This document shows positions 28,460 to 39,363 of a stretch of DNA of 64,000 bases, piece after piece. The notes under the pieces are model-generated. The model worked only from the letters and a program-made list of their open reading frames with translations, was not told the origin of the DNA and made no database searches. Source of the DNA: Sulfolobales archaeon (GTDB lineage: Archaea; Thermoproteota; Thermoprotei_A; Sulfolobales; AG1). Positions within the stretch are counted from its first letter, which is position 1, and each line of letters opens with the position of its first letter. A program made the position numbers and the translations under genes. The stretch covers positions 224,001 to 288,000 of the forward strand of contig JAWBYA010000001.1 of assembly GCA_038867615.1 (NCBI GenBank). Direction: 5' to 3'.

Positions 28460-29845
28460 TTGAGCCCGAACTATGATGAGATCTCTAGAAAAGCTGTTCG
28501 GTATATTGAGGATAACTATAACAGGTATATAGATCTTCTTGGAAGCCTTATTGAGTATAAAACAGTGGCTGCCTGGGGAGGAGACGATATGGCTAGGTGT
28601 GCAGATTACCTTGCATCAATTCTCAGGGAGAGGGGTTTCAAGACCCAGATTAAAAGTGGTGGTGGGCATCCAGTGGTTCTAGCCGAGGTTGGTTCAGGCT
28701 CTAGGAGCGTGCTTATATATAACCACTATGACGTCCAGCCCCCCGATCCTGTTGAGCTCTGGGAGAGTGATCCTTTTAAGCTGTCTAGGAGGGGGGATTA
28801 TCTGTTCGCGAGGGGTGTTGCTGATAATAAGGGTAATATTGCTGCTAGGATCGGCGCGATCGACGCGATCATTGATAGCATCGATAAGCTCGACCTCAAG
28901 ATCAAGTTCTTTATAGAGGGCGAGGAGGAGATCGGATCACCAACCCTTGGGAGGGTTATTCAGGATAATAAGGAGTGGATAAGATCTGATGGGGGGATAT
29001 GGGAGACGGGATATATTAGAAGAGATGATAGGCTCGGCATAAGCCTTGGCTTCAAGGGCATGCTATATATAGAGATTATTCTCAAAGGGGCTTCGAGGGA
29101 TGTTCACAGCGGTAATGCCCCCCTGGTTCCCAACCCTGTGTGGAGGATGGTTAGGCTGCTCTCTCTCCTCAAGGATGAGCATGGCAGGATCTATGTTCCA
29201 GGCTTCTACGACGACATAGATCCCGAGTTCGTGAGGGCTGGTGAAGAGCTTGTGAAGAAAATGGATACAGCAGAGCTTGAGGAGATGATGAAGGATCTAG
29301 GGCTTAAGAGCTTCGTCGGGGGTGTAAGCGGTTACGAGGCTCTCAGGAAACTCCACCTAGAACCATCGCTAAACGTCTCAGGCCTCTACTCCGGCTATAC
29401 TGGTAAGGGTTCAAAAACAATAGTACCCTCGATAGCTGGGGCTAAGATCGATATAAGACCAGTCCCAGGCCAAGACCCAGAGAAGATCCTCGGCAATCTC
29501 AAGAAATATCTGAAGGAGAACGGCTTTGAAGACGCCCAGATCGTTGTGCACAGCATGTATAGATCTGGATATACAAAGCCCGGAGAGGCAATAGTGAGGG
29601 CTACGGTTAACGCAGCTATAAAAGCCTATGGGAAAGAGCCGTCTGTATCTCCTCTCTCCGGAGGCTCAGGCCCTATGTATTACTTCACCAACATTGCTGG
29701 AACCCCAATGAGCGGGGCTGGTGTAGGGTATTACGGCTCGAAAGCCCATGCACCTAACGAGAACATAAGGGTTAGGGATTTCGTTAACGGGATGAAACAC
29801 TTCGCCCTAACCCTTATAGAGTTCTCAGCCCTAGCTAGGAAGTAG
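28460..29845 (+). CDS. M20/M25/M40 metallopeptidase (ArgE/DapE-like dipeptidase)
   Basis: YNHYDVQP, RGVADNKG, EGEEEIGS and HAPNE motifs; start refined to TTG 28460. Confidence 0.93.
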   Translation: MSPNYDEISRKAVRYIEDNYNRYIDLLGSLIEYKTVAAWGGDDMARCADYLASILRERGFKTQIKSGGGHPVVLAEVGSGSRSVLIYNHYDVQPPDPVELWESDPFKLSRRGDYLFARGVADNKGNIAARIGAIDAIIDSIDKLDLKIKFFIEGEEEIGSPTLGRVIQDNKEWIRSDGGIWETGYIRRDDRLGISLGFKGMLYIEIILKGASRDVHSGNAPLVPNPVWRMVRLLSLLKDEHGRIYVPGFYDDIDPEFVRAGEELVKKMDTAELEEMMKDLGLKSFVGGVSGYEALRKLHLEPSLNVSGLYSGYTGKGSKTIVPSIAGAKIDIRPVPGQDPEKILGNLKKYLKENGFEDAQIVVHSMYRSGYTKPGEAIVRATVNAAIKAYGKEPSVSPLSGGSGPMYYFTNIAGTPMSGAGVGYYGSKAHAPNENIRVRDFVNGMKHFALTLIEFSALARK

Positions 29846-29906
29846 AGTCTCCACCGGATCCTAGTTTTTCCCAGCAAGGTTTTTGGTAAGCCGTGATCCT
29901 ATGTGG

Positions 29907-30161
29907 GGTTCGGGCTTCATTGCGGTTGATATTGATATCAACCGCTCTTCCCTTGGCTTCATAGGCCTCAGGGCTCCTTTCATTGGGGCCCATATCCTGG
30001 ATCTCTCTGTATTTACCCCGCCCACTCGGGTCTTTATTTTTTACCCTCATTGTTGGGCAGCATCCCATAGAATAACAGGGCTTATATAATGTTCATTACT
30101 GCAGAACTACGGGTTTAATATCAACCCCTATAAACCACCATGAAACCTGAAACAGCCGGCT
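29907..30161. mobile_element. Family B MITE-like element, copy B3
   Basis: Aligns to B2 but lacks a ~90-bp internal block; 11-bp perfect IR GCGGTTGATAT-tg-ATATCAACCGC; flanked by TGG on both sides. Confidence 0.85.
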
Positions 30162-30174
30162 ATGGCGGTGACAA

Positions 30175-31029
30175 CTATATAGCCATTAGGAAGACTCCTG
30201 TGAATGCTACTACCGCTGCTATGTAACCCCGCAGCCCGGGGTTCTCGGCTGTTCTGCTATAGAAAACCCTTGTCAGTGTTGTTGCAACAACGGGTCTTAT
30301 GTTCTGTAGAGGGGTTACTATGCTTGCTCCTAGCTGGACTAGCGCGACATATCTAGCCACCTGCCCCAGCGATGCTAGAACCCCTGCTAGGTATACTGCT
30401 GTGTTGTTTCTGCTAAAGATACCGCGGATCTCTGTGTTTCTCAGTAGGAATGCCTCGAAGGCTATGCTGGAGGTATATGCTATCAAGGCTCCTGCGAACG
30501 GGTCTCCGCCATTTATATTTCCAAGCCTGCTTAGAAAGATGGCTAGCGCTAGCCCGAAAGAGGCTATAAGCCCGGCAATTATCCCTCTTGGATCCTTTTT
30601 GATCTCGCCCCTCCATGCCACCATGATGGCTGCTATAAGTATTAAAAGAGCTCCTAGTGCCTGGGTTGGTGATACTCTTTCTCCCACACCAGTACCTAGA
30701 GCTATACCGATCACTATGCTTAGGGTGAGCATTATACTTGCTCCGCTAGCACCTATAGTCCTTATAGCCACATAGAGAGAGGCTCTCCCAACGTTGAAGT
30801 TCACCAGCCCGGCTATTATGTATAGTATAATAGACTCGATGCTAATTGCACTAAAACCCCAGAAAACCAGTGAGAAGAGAAACACGACAGGATAGCCCGA
30901 GATGAGAGATGCAAGCAACATATGGCGGGAATCCATATTAGAGCGGGAACCCCTGATCACAACATCGTGCATACCGAAGAAAACACCAACGCTAGTCCCT
31001 ACAGCATATAAAACCAGGGGATCGAGCAA
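30175..31029 (-). CDS. EamA/DMT-family transporter
   Basis: About 10 TM segments in two repeats, with a GERVS-type linker. Confidence 0.8.
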   Translation of the reverse strand: MLDPLVLYAVGTSVGVFFGMHDVVIRGSRSNMDSRHMLLASLISGYPVVFLFSLVFWGFSAISIESIILYIIAGLVNFNVGRASLYVAIRTIGASGASIMLTLSIVIGIALGTGVGERVSPTQALGALLILIAAIMVAWRGEIKKDPRGIIAGLIASFGLALAIFLSRLGNINGGDPFAGALIAYTSSIAFEAFLLRNTEIRGIFSRNNTAVYLAGVLASLGQVARYVALVQLGASIVTPLQNIRPVVATTLTRVFYSRTAENPGLRGYIAAVVAFTGVFLMAI

Positions 31030-31298
31030 TCGAGATTCACCAATGTATGCTCAATTATAGGTTTCTGTTACCAGCCTAAATACTGCGAACCACTCCTAGC
31101 AGATCTGAAATACATCAACCACATCGAGGAAAGATCCTAGCGAGCCTGATTGGCTGAATAGCCCCAGAATCGCGGGGCCAAGTTTTCGAGGGTCTTGTAT
31201 CTGCAAACAGCTTCAGGCTTTATTAAACCTGGTCTAGGTTTAACTCTAGAGGCTTATCATTTAATCGAAATGGATCTATGCTCGGCTCGTTTGGTTTG

Positions 31299-32216
31299 CT
31301 AGTATACCGGTGTAACCCATTCTCTATACTTCGGAACTTTGTTGAGCACTATTTCCTTGTAATAGTTAGAGATCTTTTGTGTCGCAGGCCCTGGGGATCC
31401 TGATCCTATGGTTTTTCCATCCACCTCGATCACTGGTGTAACCTCGGCTGCTGTACCTACCATGAAGATCTCGTCTGCTACATAGAGTTCTTCCCTCGTT
31501 ATGTCTCTCTCTTCAACCTTGTAGCCTAGGTCTTCTGCGATCCTGAAGACGGTGTCTCTTGTAATCCCCTCGAGTATAGATGCATATACAGGTGGTGTGT
31601 ATATAACGCCCCTCCTGACTATGAATAGATTCTCCCCAGACCCCTCGGCTATATAGCCCCTCCAGTCGAGCAACACGGCTTCGTCATAGCCTGATGATAT
31701 CGCCTCCGAGAGGGCTATGACTGAGTTTAGATAGATCCCAGATGCTTTAGCCATAACAGGCATTGAGAAGCCTGGAACTCTTCTCCAGCTCACGACCTTC
31801 ACTTTAACCCCCTTTGGTTTGAGGTAGTGTCCGAAGGGGATGGCTGCTATGGATACCCTTGTGGGTACTTTGGATATATCTAGCGAGATGCTTCCCTCAC
31901 CGGCGAAGGCTATGGGTCTTATGTATATATTCTCCTGGAACTCGTTAACCCTCACGGTCTTCACCGTAGCGTCGATCAGATCTTCAAGTCCGTATCCCAG
32001 TCTAAGCCCCACTATCTTAGCCGAGTTGATCATTCTTACCATATGGTCCCTGAGCCTGAATATATAGAGATTATTACCATCCCAGTAGCCCCTGATCCCC
32101 TCGAACACCGCTGTCCCGTAGTGGAGGGCGTGTGTCATTACATGGATATATGCCTTACCACACTCAACAAGATCGCCGTCCATCCATATATACCTAGTCC
32201 TTGTGCACATGGACAT
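31299..32216 (-). CDS. ilvE: Branched-chain amino-acid aminotransferase
   Basis: HALHYGTAVFEGIR, EGSGENLF, LEGITR and GTAAEV motifs. Confidence 0.96.
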   Translation of the reverse strand: MSMCTRTRYIWMDGDLVECGKAYIHVMTHALHYGTAVFEGIRGYWDGNNLYIFRLRDHMVRMINSAKIVGLRLGYGLEDLIDATVKTVRVNEFQENIYIRPIAFAGEGSISLDISKVPTRVSIAAIPFGHYLKPKGVKVKVVSWRRVPGFSMPVMAKASGIYLNSVIALSEAISSGYDEAVLLDWRGYIAEGSGENLFIVRRGVIYTPPVYASILEGITRDTVFRIAEDLGYKVEERDITREELYVADEIFMVGTAAEVTPVIEVDGKTIGSGSPGPATQKISNYYKEIVLNKVPKYREWVTPVY

Positions 32217-32347
32217 TTTTGATCGTGTGGTAGTGTTGCTGAGCACCTTATAAGGTTTACGCCTATAGTTATTCATAGAATCCCTAGGGCTCTGGCTAGC
32301 AGTGTAAAGCCTTATCAGCCTAGAGAGTATATCTGGCAGGTGAGTCT

Positions 32348-33292
32348 ATGAGGAAGGCTCTGGTGAGGGCATATATGTCATCAGCCAACCTGGGGCCTGG
32401 GTTCGATATACTCGCGGTAGCTCTTGATGCGTTCTACGATGAGGTGGAGGTTAGGGTTGTTGGAGAGGGTCTGAGCAGGATCAGCCTGAGTGTTGGCGGT
32501 AAATACGGATCCCAGGTACCAGCTGGGGAGGATAACGCTGTGCTTGCACCAATAGAGAAGGCCTTAGAAATAGCTGGGGAGAAGCTCCAGCTCGAGGTAA
32601 CACTTAATAAGGGAGTACCTCCGGGTAGGGGTCTTGGGAGTAGTGGTGCCTCTTCAGCAGCTGCTGCGAGGGCTGTGAGCGAGATCCTGGGCGGTGTTTT
32701 TCGTGATAGCGAGCTGGTATACATAGCAGGGGAGGGTGAGAGGAAAGTCTCTGGGGAGCCTCACTATGATAATGTCTCTGCAAGCCTCCTCGGAGGATTC
32801 GTCCTGGTAAGCCCTGGGGAGAGTGTTAGGGCTAGCAGGATACCTGGTGGTGAGGGTTTCAGCTTCCTCCTAGCAATCCCAGAGATCCAGGTGCCTCCTA
32901 AGAAGACAGGGCATGCTAGATCCGTGATCCCGAGGCAGGTGAGCCTGGCTGACTATATAGCTAACTCCTCCAGCCTGGCAAAACTTATCCTAGGGATAGT
33001 TACTAACAATCCAAAGCTAGCTGGCGAGGGGATGATGGATAGGATAGTAGAGCCGGCTAGGGAGAGGGCAGGGCTCATACCACTATACTCTGAGGTGAAG
33101 AACAACGCTCTAAAGGCAGGAGCCTATGGCGTTGTTGTAAGCGGTGCCGGGCCAAGCATATTGATCCTAGCAGATAGAGAGATCCATGGAGAGCTTAGGA
33201 ACATGTTAACCGAGATCTATGCTAAGAGGGGCTATAAAGCTACGATCGTGAGCGCCACCCCAGCCCCGGGTGCCCGTGTAATTATAGGCTAG
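32348..33292 (+). CDS. thrB: Homoserine kinase
   Basis: SSANLGPGFD, PPGRGLGSSGAS, HYDNV and SGAGPS motifs. Confidence 0.95.
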   Translation: MRKALVRAYMSSANLGPGFDILAVALDAFYDEVEVRVVGEGLSRISLSVGGKYGSQVPAGEDNAVLAPIEKALEIAGEKLQLEVTLNKGVPPGRGLGSSGASSAAAARAVSEILGGVFRDSELVYIAGEGERKVSGEPHYDNVSASLLGGFVLVSPGESVRASRIPGGEGFSFLLAIPEIQVPPKKTGHARSVIPRQVSLADYIANSSSLAKLILGIVTNNPKLAGEGMMDRIVEPARERAGLIPLYSEVKNNALKAGAYGVVVSGAGPSILILADREIHGELRNMLTEIYAKRGYKATIVSATPAPGARVIIG

Positions 33293-33322
33293 ATTGTTTA
33301 GAGATGGCGAGCTCACCAGGAT

Positions 33323-33757
33323 CTATGGCTCGGGCCATTTTCTCCAATCACCGAACTTCCTATCATATTCAGGACACCCTCTTCTATAGCTAACGCCTCC
33401 CTTCCATTCAACATTAACGAACAGGCTATAGAATAGCCTCTCCCTCAATGAGGGTTTCTTAACGAGGGGCGAGATCGTCTTTATAAACCTCTCCATATCA
33501 TCTCTTGAGGAGAAGTAGATAATCACGATCCCTGAAGATGCTAGGGATAATGGTGGACCGAATATCGAGTATTTAACCACCATATTCATCTCTTTCAGCA
33601 TTTTTAGCAAGTCCTTCAAAGGGATCTTTAGCGATGATACCGGGATCCCGACTTTATAGCATGAGAGCGAGTTACTATGCTGGACTCCTCTCTCAAAGCT
33701 AGCCCAGCACTCACCGCACTTGTTCCACTCGCCAAACCTCTTCCATCTAATACCCAT
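33323..33757 (-). CDS. Conserved-looking hypothetical protein
   Basis: Native codon style; CGEC and RRGCPEY motifs; function not recognised. Confidence 0.7.
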   Translation of the reverse strand: MGIRWKRFGEWNKCGECWASFERGVQHSNSLSCYKVGIPVSSLKIPLKDLLKMLKEMNMVVKYSIFGPPLSLASSGIVIIYFSSRDDMERFIKTISPLVKKPSLRERLFYSLFVNVEWKGGVSYRRGCPEYDRKFGDWRKWPEP

Positions 33758-34080
33758 ATCTTATCATCTAGCCTGATTTTGAATACCACTAGCCAGCTAT
33801 ATATTACCCTAAATCCAGGCTTTAACGCTGCTATCGTGCTAAACGCTGGCGATCCTATAGATCCTTTACATGTGGAGTTATTTAGATAAGATACATAGCA
33901 ACGTATAAAGCTATATGGCTATCAGGCAGTATAAGAGTTGTTAAGAATCACAATGGGGTCTTCGGCTAATACGTAGGTAACTCTGCTAAGATCAGAGAGA
34001 TCCTAGGATTATTGTTAATAATTCAGCTAGTAGGGAAGTGTTCTCATTAACTCACTATCATATAGGTATGTGGAGAGAGT

Positions 34081-34371
34081 ATGGAGGTAGATATCAAGAG
34101 GCTTGAGAGGCTCGCGCTCCTAAAGCTAAGTGATGAGGAGGAGAGGGCGTTGTCGAAAGATATTGAGAAGATCATTGGTTTTTTCAAACAGCTGGACGGG
34201 ATCGTTCTCGAAGGTGTAGAGCCTTTATTCCATGTTATGGAGAAGGAGGCCGGGGTTAGGGAGGATAGTGTTGAGAAGGGTATAGAGAAGGCGTGGATAG
34301 AGAAGAGCGCGGCAAAAACGATAGACGGCTATGTTGTTGGTCCTAGAACGATAACTGGTGAGGAGTCTTGA
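34081..34371 (+). CDS. gatC: Asp/Glu-tRNA amidotransferase subunit C
   Basis: LERLALL, VEPL and REDSV; directly upstream of gatA. Confidence 0.92.
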   Translation: MEVDIKRLERLALLKLSDEEERALSKDIEKIIGFFKQLDGIVLEGVEPLFHVMEKEAGVREDSVEKGIEKAWIEKSAAKTIDGYVVGPRTITGEES

Positions 34372-35825
34372 GTCTCGTTGACAAGCAGCTGAGGTATGTG
34401 GTTGAGGCTGTTAGGGATAATAGGGAGGCTTTGAGTGAGTATATATATAGGCTTTACGAGAGGATCGAGAGGTATGAGGAGAGGCTTAAAGGCTTCATAA
34501 CACTCAGGCCAGCTGATACAGTGATCAGGGAGGCTCTTGAGGCTAACAGGCTTGGCAAACCCCTCGCAGGGATCCCGATAGCTGTTAAGGATAACATATC
34601 AACCGAGGGGGTTAGAACAACATGCGCCTCGGCCATCCTTGAGAACTATATACCGCCCTACGATGCTACGGTTGTTAAAAGGCTTAGAGAAGCTGGTGCG
34701 GTGGTCATCGGTAAGACTAATATGGATGAGTTTGCAATGGGATCTACTACAGAGACAAGCCATTTCGGCCCTTCGAGAAACCCCTGGGATCCCTCTAGAG
34801 TTCCCGGCGGTAGTTCCGGAGGTAGTGGTGTTGTTGTTTCAGCATATATGGCTCCAGCAGCCCTTGGAAGCGATACGGGAGGCTCTGTGAGGAATCCAGC
34901 AGCATATACAGGGATCTTTGGGTATAAACCCACATACGGCGGCTTGAGCAGGTATGGCTTGATAGCGTACGCAAGCTCTCTAGACCAGATTGGTCTTATG
35001 ACGAGGGATTCTGTCGATGCAGCCCTTCTCCTCGAATACATAGCTGGTGAGGATCCCAGAGACCCTACATCCCTGGATCTGAGGGTTAGTGGGCTTTTCA
35101 AAGAGATCTCAGGGTTAGGGGAGGGTAGAGATCTTCCAAAGGCTAGGCTGGTCATTGTTAAGGAGATGTGGAGCGGTGTCGAAGATCACGTGTTTAGAAC
35201 AACCATGAATGCTGTTGAGAAGCTCTCCTCAGAGGGCTTTGAGGTTGAGGAGGTAAGTGTTCCTGAGGTTTCCTACGCACTCCCAGCTTACTATGTGATC
35301 GCCTTTGCAGAGGCTAGTTCTAATCTCTCTAGATATGGGATCCCCTTATACGGGTTATCAAGAGATCCTGAGAACACCTCGTGGATCGACTACTACTCTG
35401 AGATAAGATCCAAGGGGTTTGGTAGAGAGGTTAAGAGGAGGATCATGCTTGGAAGCTTTATACTGAGTGCTGGGTATTATGAGCAATACTATATCAAAGC
35501 CCTCAAGGTTAGGAGGATCCTTAGGGATAGATTGCTGCCATTATTGAGAAGGGGCTATATAGCATCGCCAACAATGCCTATACAGCCTCCAAGGCTTGGA
35601 GAGGCTATCGAGGATCCTTTGAGGCTATATGCTATGGATATAGAGACAGTCATACCTAACCTCATAGGATCTCCAGCCATAAGCCTTGTCGCTGGTTTCG
35701 CTAACTCCCTCCCAGTAGGGCTCCAGCTAATAGGCCCTCCCCTAGGCGATCGAGATCTCCTCTTAATAGCCAGGACTATCGAGATCATTATAGGGTTGTC
35801 CAACCTAAGCCCGCAGATGGGGTGA
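34368..35825 (+). CDS. gatA: Asp/Glu-tRNA amidotransferase subunit A
   Basis: VKDNI, GKTNMDEFAMGS, GGSSGGS and GSDTGGS motifs. Confidence 0.96.
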   Translation: MSLVDKQLRYVVEAVRDNREALSEYIYRLYERIERYEERLKGFITLRPADTVIREALEANRLGKPLAGIPIAVKDNISTEGVRTTCASAILENYIPPYDATVVKRLREAGAVVIGKTNMDEFAMGSTTETSHFGPSRNPWDPSRVPGGSSGGSGVVVSAYMAPAALGSDTGGSVRNPAAYTGIFGYKPTYGGLSRYGLIAYASSLDQIGLMTRDSVDAALLLEYIAGEDPRDPTSLDLRVSGLFKEISGLGEGRDLPKARLVIVKEMWSGVEDHVFRTTMNAVEKLSSEGFEVEEVSVPEVSYALPAYYVIAFAEASSNLSRYGIPLYGLSRDPENTSWIDYYSEIRSKGFGREVKRRIMLGSFILSAGYYEQYYIKALKVRRILRDRLLPLLRRGYIASPTMPIQPPRLGEAIEDPLRLYAMDIETVIPNLIGSPAISLVAGFANSLPVGLQLIGPPLGDRDLLLIARTIEIIIGLSNLSPQMG

Positions 35826-37276
35826 ATAAAGTGACCCCACAGAAAGCAGTTATAGGGCTTGAGATCCACATCCAGGTTAATACTGTGAGGAGTAAGATGT
35901 TCTGCACATGCTCACAGGATTATAGAGGAGCACCGCCGAACACTAACGTGTGCCCCGTATGTCTAGGCCTCCCAGGATCTCTCCCCGTACCTAACAGGGA
36001 GGTTATTAGGAAGGCTATTATGCTCGCCCTAGCCCTAGGATCCAGGGTATTGGATAAGGTGGTATTTGTTAGAAAACACTACTTCTACCCAGATCTCCCG
36101 AAGGGGTATCAGATAAGCCAGCATAGAGGTCCCGGGATGGCTCCCATAGCTGTTGGGGGTTCTCTTGAGATAGAGGGCGATAGCGGTCCCAAGAGGGTTA
36201 GGATGAGGAGGCTAGGGGTTGAGGAGGATCCAGCTAGGATCACCTACCCATCAGGCGATCCTACTAGGAGTAGCTATAGCCTTATCGACTATAACAGATC
36301 CGGTGTACCATTAATAGAGGTTGTAACAGAACCAGATCTCTCAAGCCCGAAGGAGGCTAGAGTATTTATGGAGAAACTGTTAGAGCTTGTGGATCATCTC
36401 GGGATCTCTAACCCAGATCTAGAGGGCGCCTTCAGAGTTGATGTAAACATATCCATAGAGGGTGGCGAGAGGGTTGAGGTTAAGAACATAGGCTCTCTCA
36501 AGGATATCGAGAAGGCTATAAGCTATGAGGTTGTTAGGCAGAGGGCCGTGCTAGCAGCTGGGGGGAAGATCCAGAGGGAGACCAGGCACTGGGATCCTGT
36601 GAAGGGTGTAACCATAGTCTCAAGGTATAAGGAGCTTGAGGAGGAATATAGATACTTCCCAGACCCCGACCTACCCCCTATAGCTATTACTAGCAGCATT
36701 GTGGAGGAGATAGCTTCTAAAATGCCCGAGCTGCCATGGCATAGGGCTGAGAGGTATGTTAAGACCTATGGATTAACCCAATATGTGTCGAGAGTCCTGG
36801 TGAGTAGGAAAAGGCTTTCAGAGTTCTTCGAAGAAGTTGTAAAGATCTATGGCGATCCGAGGAGGGTTGCTGACCTCCTCATAAACGACTTCTTAGGGAT
36901 CGTTAATGAGAGGGGAGGAAACCTCGATATGGTGAAGGCCTCGCCCCAGAGTATTGCGAAGCTCCTCTCATTAATGGATCAGGGCGTGATCAGTGTAAAG
37001 ATCATGAAGATGATCCTCGAGAGAGTAGTGCTGGGAGGAGAGGATCCGGAAGAGATAGTTGCTAGGGAGAACCTAAAGGTAATAGCAAGCGATGAGGAGC
37101 TTGAGGAGCTTGCAGAGAAGGTTATCAAGGAGAACCCCAAGGCTGTTGAAGATGCTAAGAAGAATCCTAAGGCTATAAACTATCTAGTCGGGCAGGTGAT
37201 GAAACTAACTAGGGGGAGAGCGGATCCCCAGAAGATAGCTGCGATAATAAGGAGAAAACTCTCCATAGGATCCTGA
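35822..37276 (+). CDS. gatB: Asp/Glu-tRNA amidotransferase subunit B
   Basis: IGLEIH, YFYPDLPKGYQISQ and YRYFPDPDLPP; C-terminal YqeY domain. Confidence 0.97.
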   Translation: MNKVTPQKAVIGLEIHIQVNTVRSKMFCTCSQDYRGAPPNTNVCPVCLGLPGSLPVPNREVIRKAIMLALALGSRVLDKVVFVRKHYFYPDLPKGYQISQHRGPGMAPIAVGGSLEIEGDSGPKRVRMRRLGVEEDPARITYPSGDPTRSSYSLIDYNRSGVPLIEVVTEPDLSSPKEARVFMEKLLELVDHLGISNPDLEGAFRVDVNISIEGGERVEVKNIGSLKDIEKAISYEVVRQRAVLAAGGKIQRETRHWDPVKGVTIVSRYKELEEEYRYFPDPDLPPIAITSSIVEEIASKMPELPWHRAERYVKTYGLTQYVSRVLVSRKRLSEFFEEVVKIYGDPRRVADLLINDFLGIVNERGGNLDMVKASPQSIAKLLSLMDQGVISVKIMKMILERVVLGGEDPEEIVARENLKVIASDEELEELAEKVIKENPKAVEDAKKNPKAINYLVGQVMKLTRGRADPQKIAAIIRRKLSIGS

Positions 37277-37513
37277 GCCGTTCTAAATTATTTCAGGCAT
37301 CGTACAGGTTACAGGCTTACAGGTCTAGAATATATTTCGATGATCCCTGACCAATGATGATATTAATAGAGATCCAGGTGTGTTGGTAAAAGAAGAACAA
37401 GGGCATAGGGTTTCTCTATAATAGCGAGCAGAGGATCTGTGAAGAAGAGCTATGGGTTGAGAAGGCTCTGAATTGGTTGAGACTAATTAATATGGGTTCC
37501 GGTGAGAGGTATT

Positions 37514-37534
37514 AACAGCTATGAACCCCGAACC
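37514..37534. repeat. Family B inverted-repeat end, possible remnant element spanning ~37290-37534
   Basis: aacagctatgaaccccgaacc matches the reverse complement of the B2 left end at 19/21; a weaker partner end lies at ~37290-37310. Confidence 0.5.
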
Positions 37535-37572
37535 TGAGCTCTACTCATTAATACCTGCCTTAGCATATATAG

Positions 37573-39246
37573 ATGGGTTTAGCCGCTATGAAGTACTCTA
37601 CCGCCGAGCCGTTGGTGGATCCTTACGAGGCTGTGGAGATCTTTCTTAAAGAGTTAGGGCCTTTAGAGATAGGTTGTGAGGAGATCTTCATAGAAGATAG
37701 CATTGGGAGGGTTGCTTGTAGCGATATAGTGCTACCCATACCACTCCCACCCTTTCCAAGATCCCTGGTTGATGGCTATGCTGTTCTCTACAGCGATGTG
37801 GCTGGCGCTTCTAGGGATAGGCCTGTTAGGCTAAGCCTTGCTGGGAGGATAGGTGTTGGTGTCGGTGCCGAGCACATATTGATCAAGCCGGGTACTTGTT
37901 ACGAGGTGGCAACAGGCTCCCATCTCCCTAGGAACACGGATCTAGTGGTTCCTTTTGAAGATACTGAGGAGAAAGGTTCTGAGGTGATTATCTATAGCTC
38001 TCCCAAGAGGGGTGATAATATAGCCTACCCGGGCAGCGACCTACCCTCGGGAACCGTTATTGTTAAGAAGGGATGGGTTATGGATGAGAAAGCCCTAGCA
38101 GCACTTGCATCTGCAGGGATTAAGAGGATATCTGTTTATAGAAAGCCGAGGGTATGTGTAGTATCAACTGGCAAGGAGCTTCTGGAGCCTGGAGAGCCTC
38201 TCAGGCCTGGTATGGTGTATGAGTCTAATCTAAGATCTCTGAAAGCTCTTCTAGAATCCAGGGGGTTTGATGTAGAGCCTGTTGGCATTGTTGGCGATGA
38301 TATAGATGATCTGAGGAGAGCGATTCTTAGCAGTGTCGAAAGATGCGATCTAGTAGTGACCACCGGGGGAACCTCGGCTGGTGTTGAGGATAACGTATAC
38401 AGGGTTGTGGGCGAGGCTGGAAGAATTATTGTGAGAGGTGTGAAGCTAAGGCCAGGCAAACCAACAAGCCTCGGGATCATTAAGGGTAAGCCTGTTGTGA
38501 GCATCTCGGGGAACCCCGTAGCTGTGTTTGTTCTAGTGGAGATGGTTCTGCCAAGGCTTCTTAGGAGGATTAAGGGTGAAGATGAGATCCCCAGAGCCCC
38601 TACCCAGGGGCGTGCAAGGCTTCTTAGGAGGATTAAGGGTTCGAGGGGAAGGATAGCTGTTATACCAAGTATACTTGTTAAAGGCTCTGGAGGGCTTTTC
38701 ATCCTACCCTGGGTTCTTGGGAGCTATATGATCTCGAGGCTGTCCTTGGCAGATGCATATATAGAGATCCACTATAGCAGGGGTAAGCCTGTAGAGGTTG
38801 GTGAGGAGGTAGAGTACAAGGCCCTTGGAAGAGAGCCTAGAGTGTTTGTTCTTGAGGCGAGCGAGATCGCGGGGGGAGTGGATGTGGTGGGCGATAGGCT
38901 TATAATATATGCCTCGCGGGAAGAGGCTGAGATGTGGCTTGGTATGGGGGCAGCATCCTTGATCCATGTGTGCGATGGTTACAGGATAAAGGGTGATAGG
39001 GTTTTGGTTGAGATGAAAACACTCCCAGAGAGTAGGAGTTATGGTAGGGAATTCGGTGTTCTTGCTAGAGATAGGATCGAGAGGGTTCCGGGATATGGTG
39101 GGGATAGCTGCTTCTCAAGAATCGTGGGAGAGATCCTTAGGGAGAGGGGTGTGGAGGACTATGTGGTTATCGATGTGGACTTACCCTCACAGGCTAGAGA
39201 TATGTTTGCACAGGGTCTTGTGGACATAGCTTTAGAGCCTCTCTAA
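37573..39246 (+). CDS. moeA: Molybdopterin molybdotransferase MoeA with C-terminal extension
   Basis: RSLVDGYA, STGKEL, TTGGTSAG, RPGKP and SGNP motifs; extra ~140-aa C-terminal domain. Confidence 0.92.
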   Translation: MGLAAMKYSTAEPLVDPYEAVEIFLKELGPLEIGCEEIFIEDSIGRVACSDIVLPIPLPPFPRSLVDGYAVLYSDVAGASRDRPVRLSLAGRIGVGVGAEHILIKPGTCYEVATGSHLPRNTDLVVPFEDTEEKGSEVIIYSSPKRGDNIAYPGSDLPSGTVIVKKGWVMDEKALAALASAGIKRISVYRKPRVCVVSTGKELLEPGEPLRPGMVYESNLRSLKALLESRGFDVEPVGIVGDDIDDLRRAILSSVERCDLVVTTGGTSAGVEDNVYRVVGEAGRIIVRGVKLRPGKPTSLGIIKGKPVVSISGNPVAVFVLVEMVLPRLLRRIKGEDEIPRAPTQGRARLLRRIKGSRGRIAVIPSILVKGSGGLFILPWVLGSYMISRLSLADAYIEIHYSRGKPVEVGEEVEYKALGREPRVFVLEASEIAGGVDVVGDRLIIYASREEAEMWLGMGAASLIHVCDGYRIKGDRVLVEMKTLPESRSYGREFGVLARDRIERVPGYGGDSCFSRIVGEILRERGVEDYVVIDVDLPSQARDMFAQGLVDIALEPL

Positions 39247-39363
39247 ATGAGATCCAATAGATCTCTAGCCACAGCTTAAAGATCGAGCAAGCAGATCGAG
39301 ATCCTCATCGTTCATGTTACCATTAAATGTCCTTCTTATTATAGTTAATGGTGGTAACACCTA

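Noticed and set aside
34741-34753. GATCTACTACAGA partial repeat match in gatA
   Set aside because: It encodes the conserved GSTTE peptide and lacks the ATTGAAAG handle.
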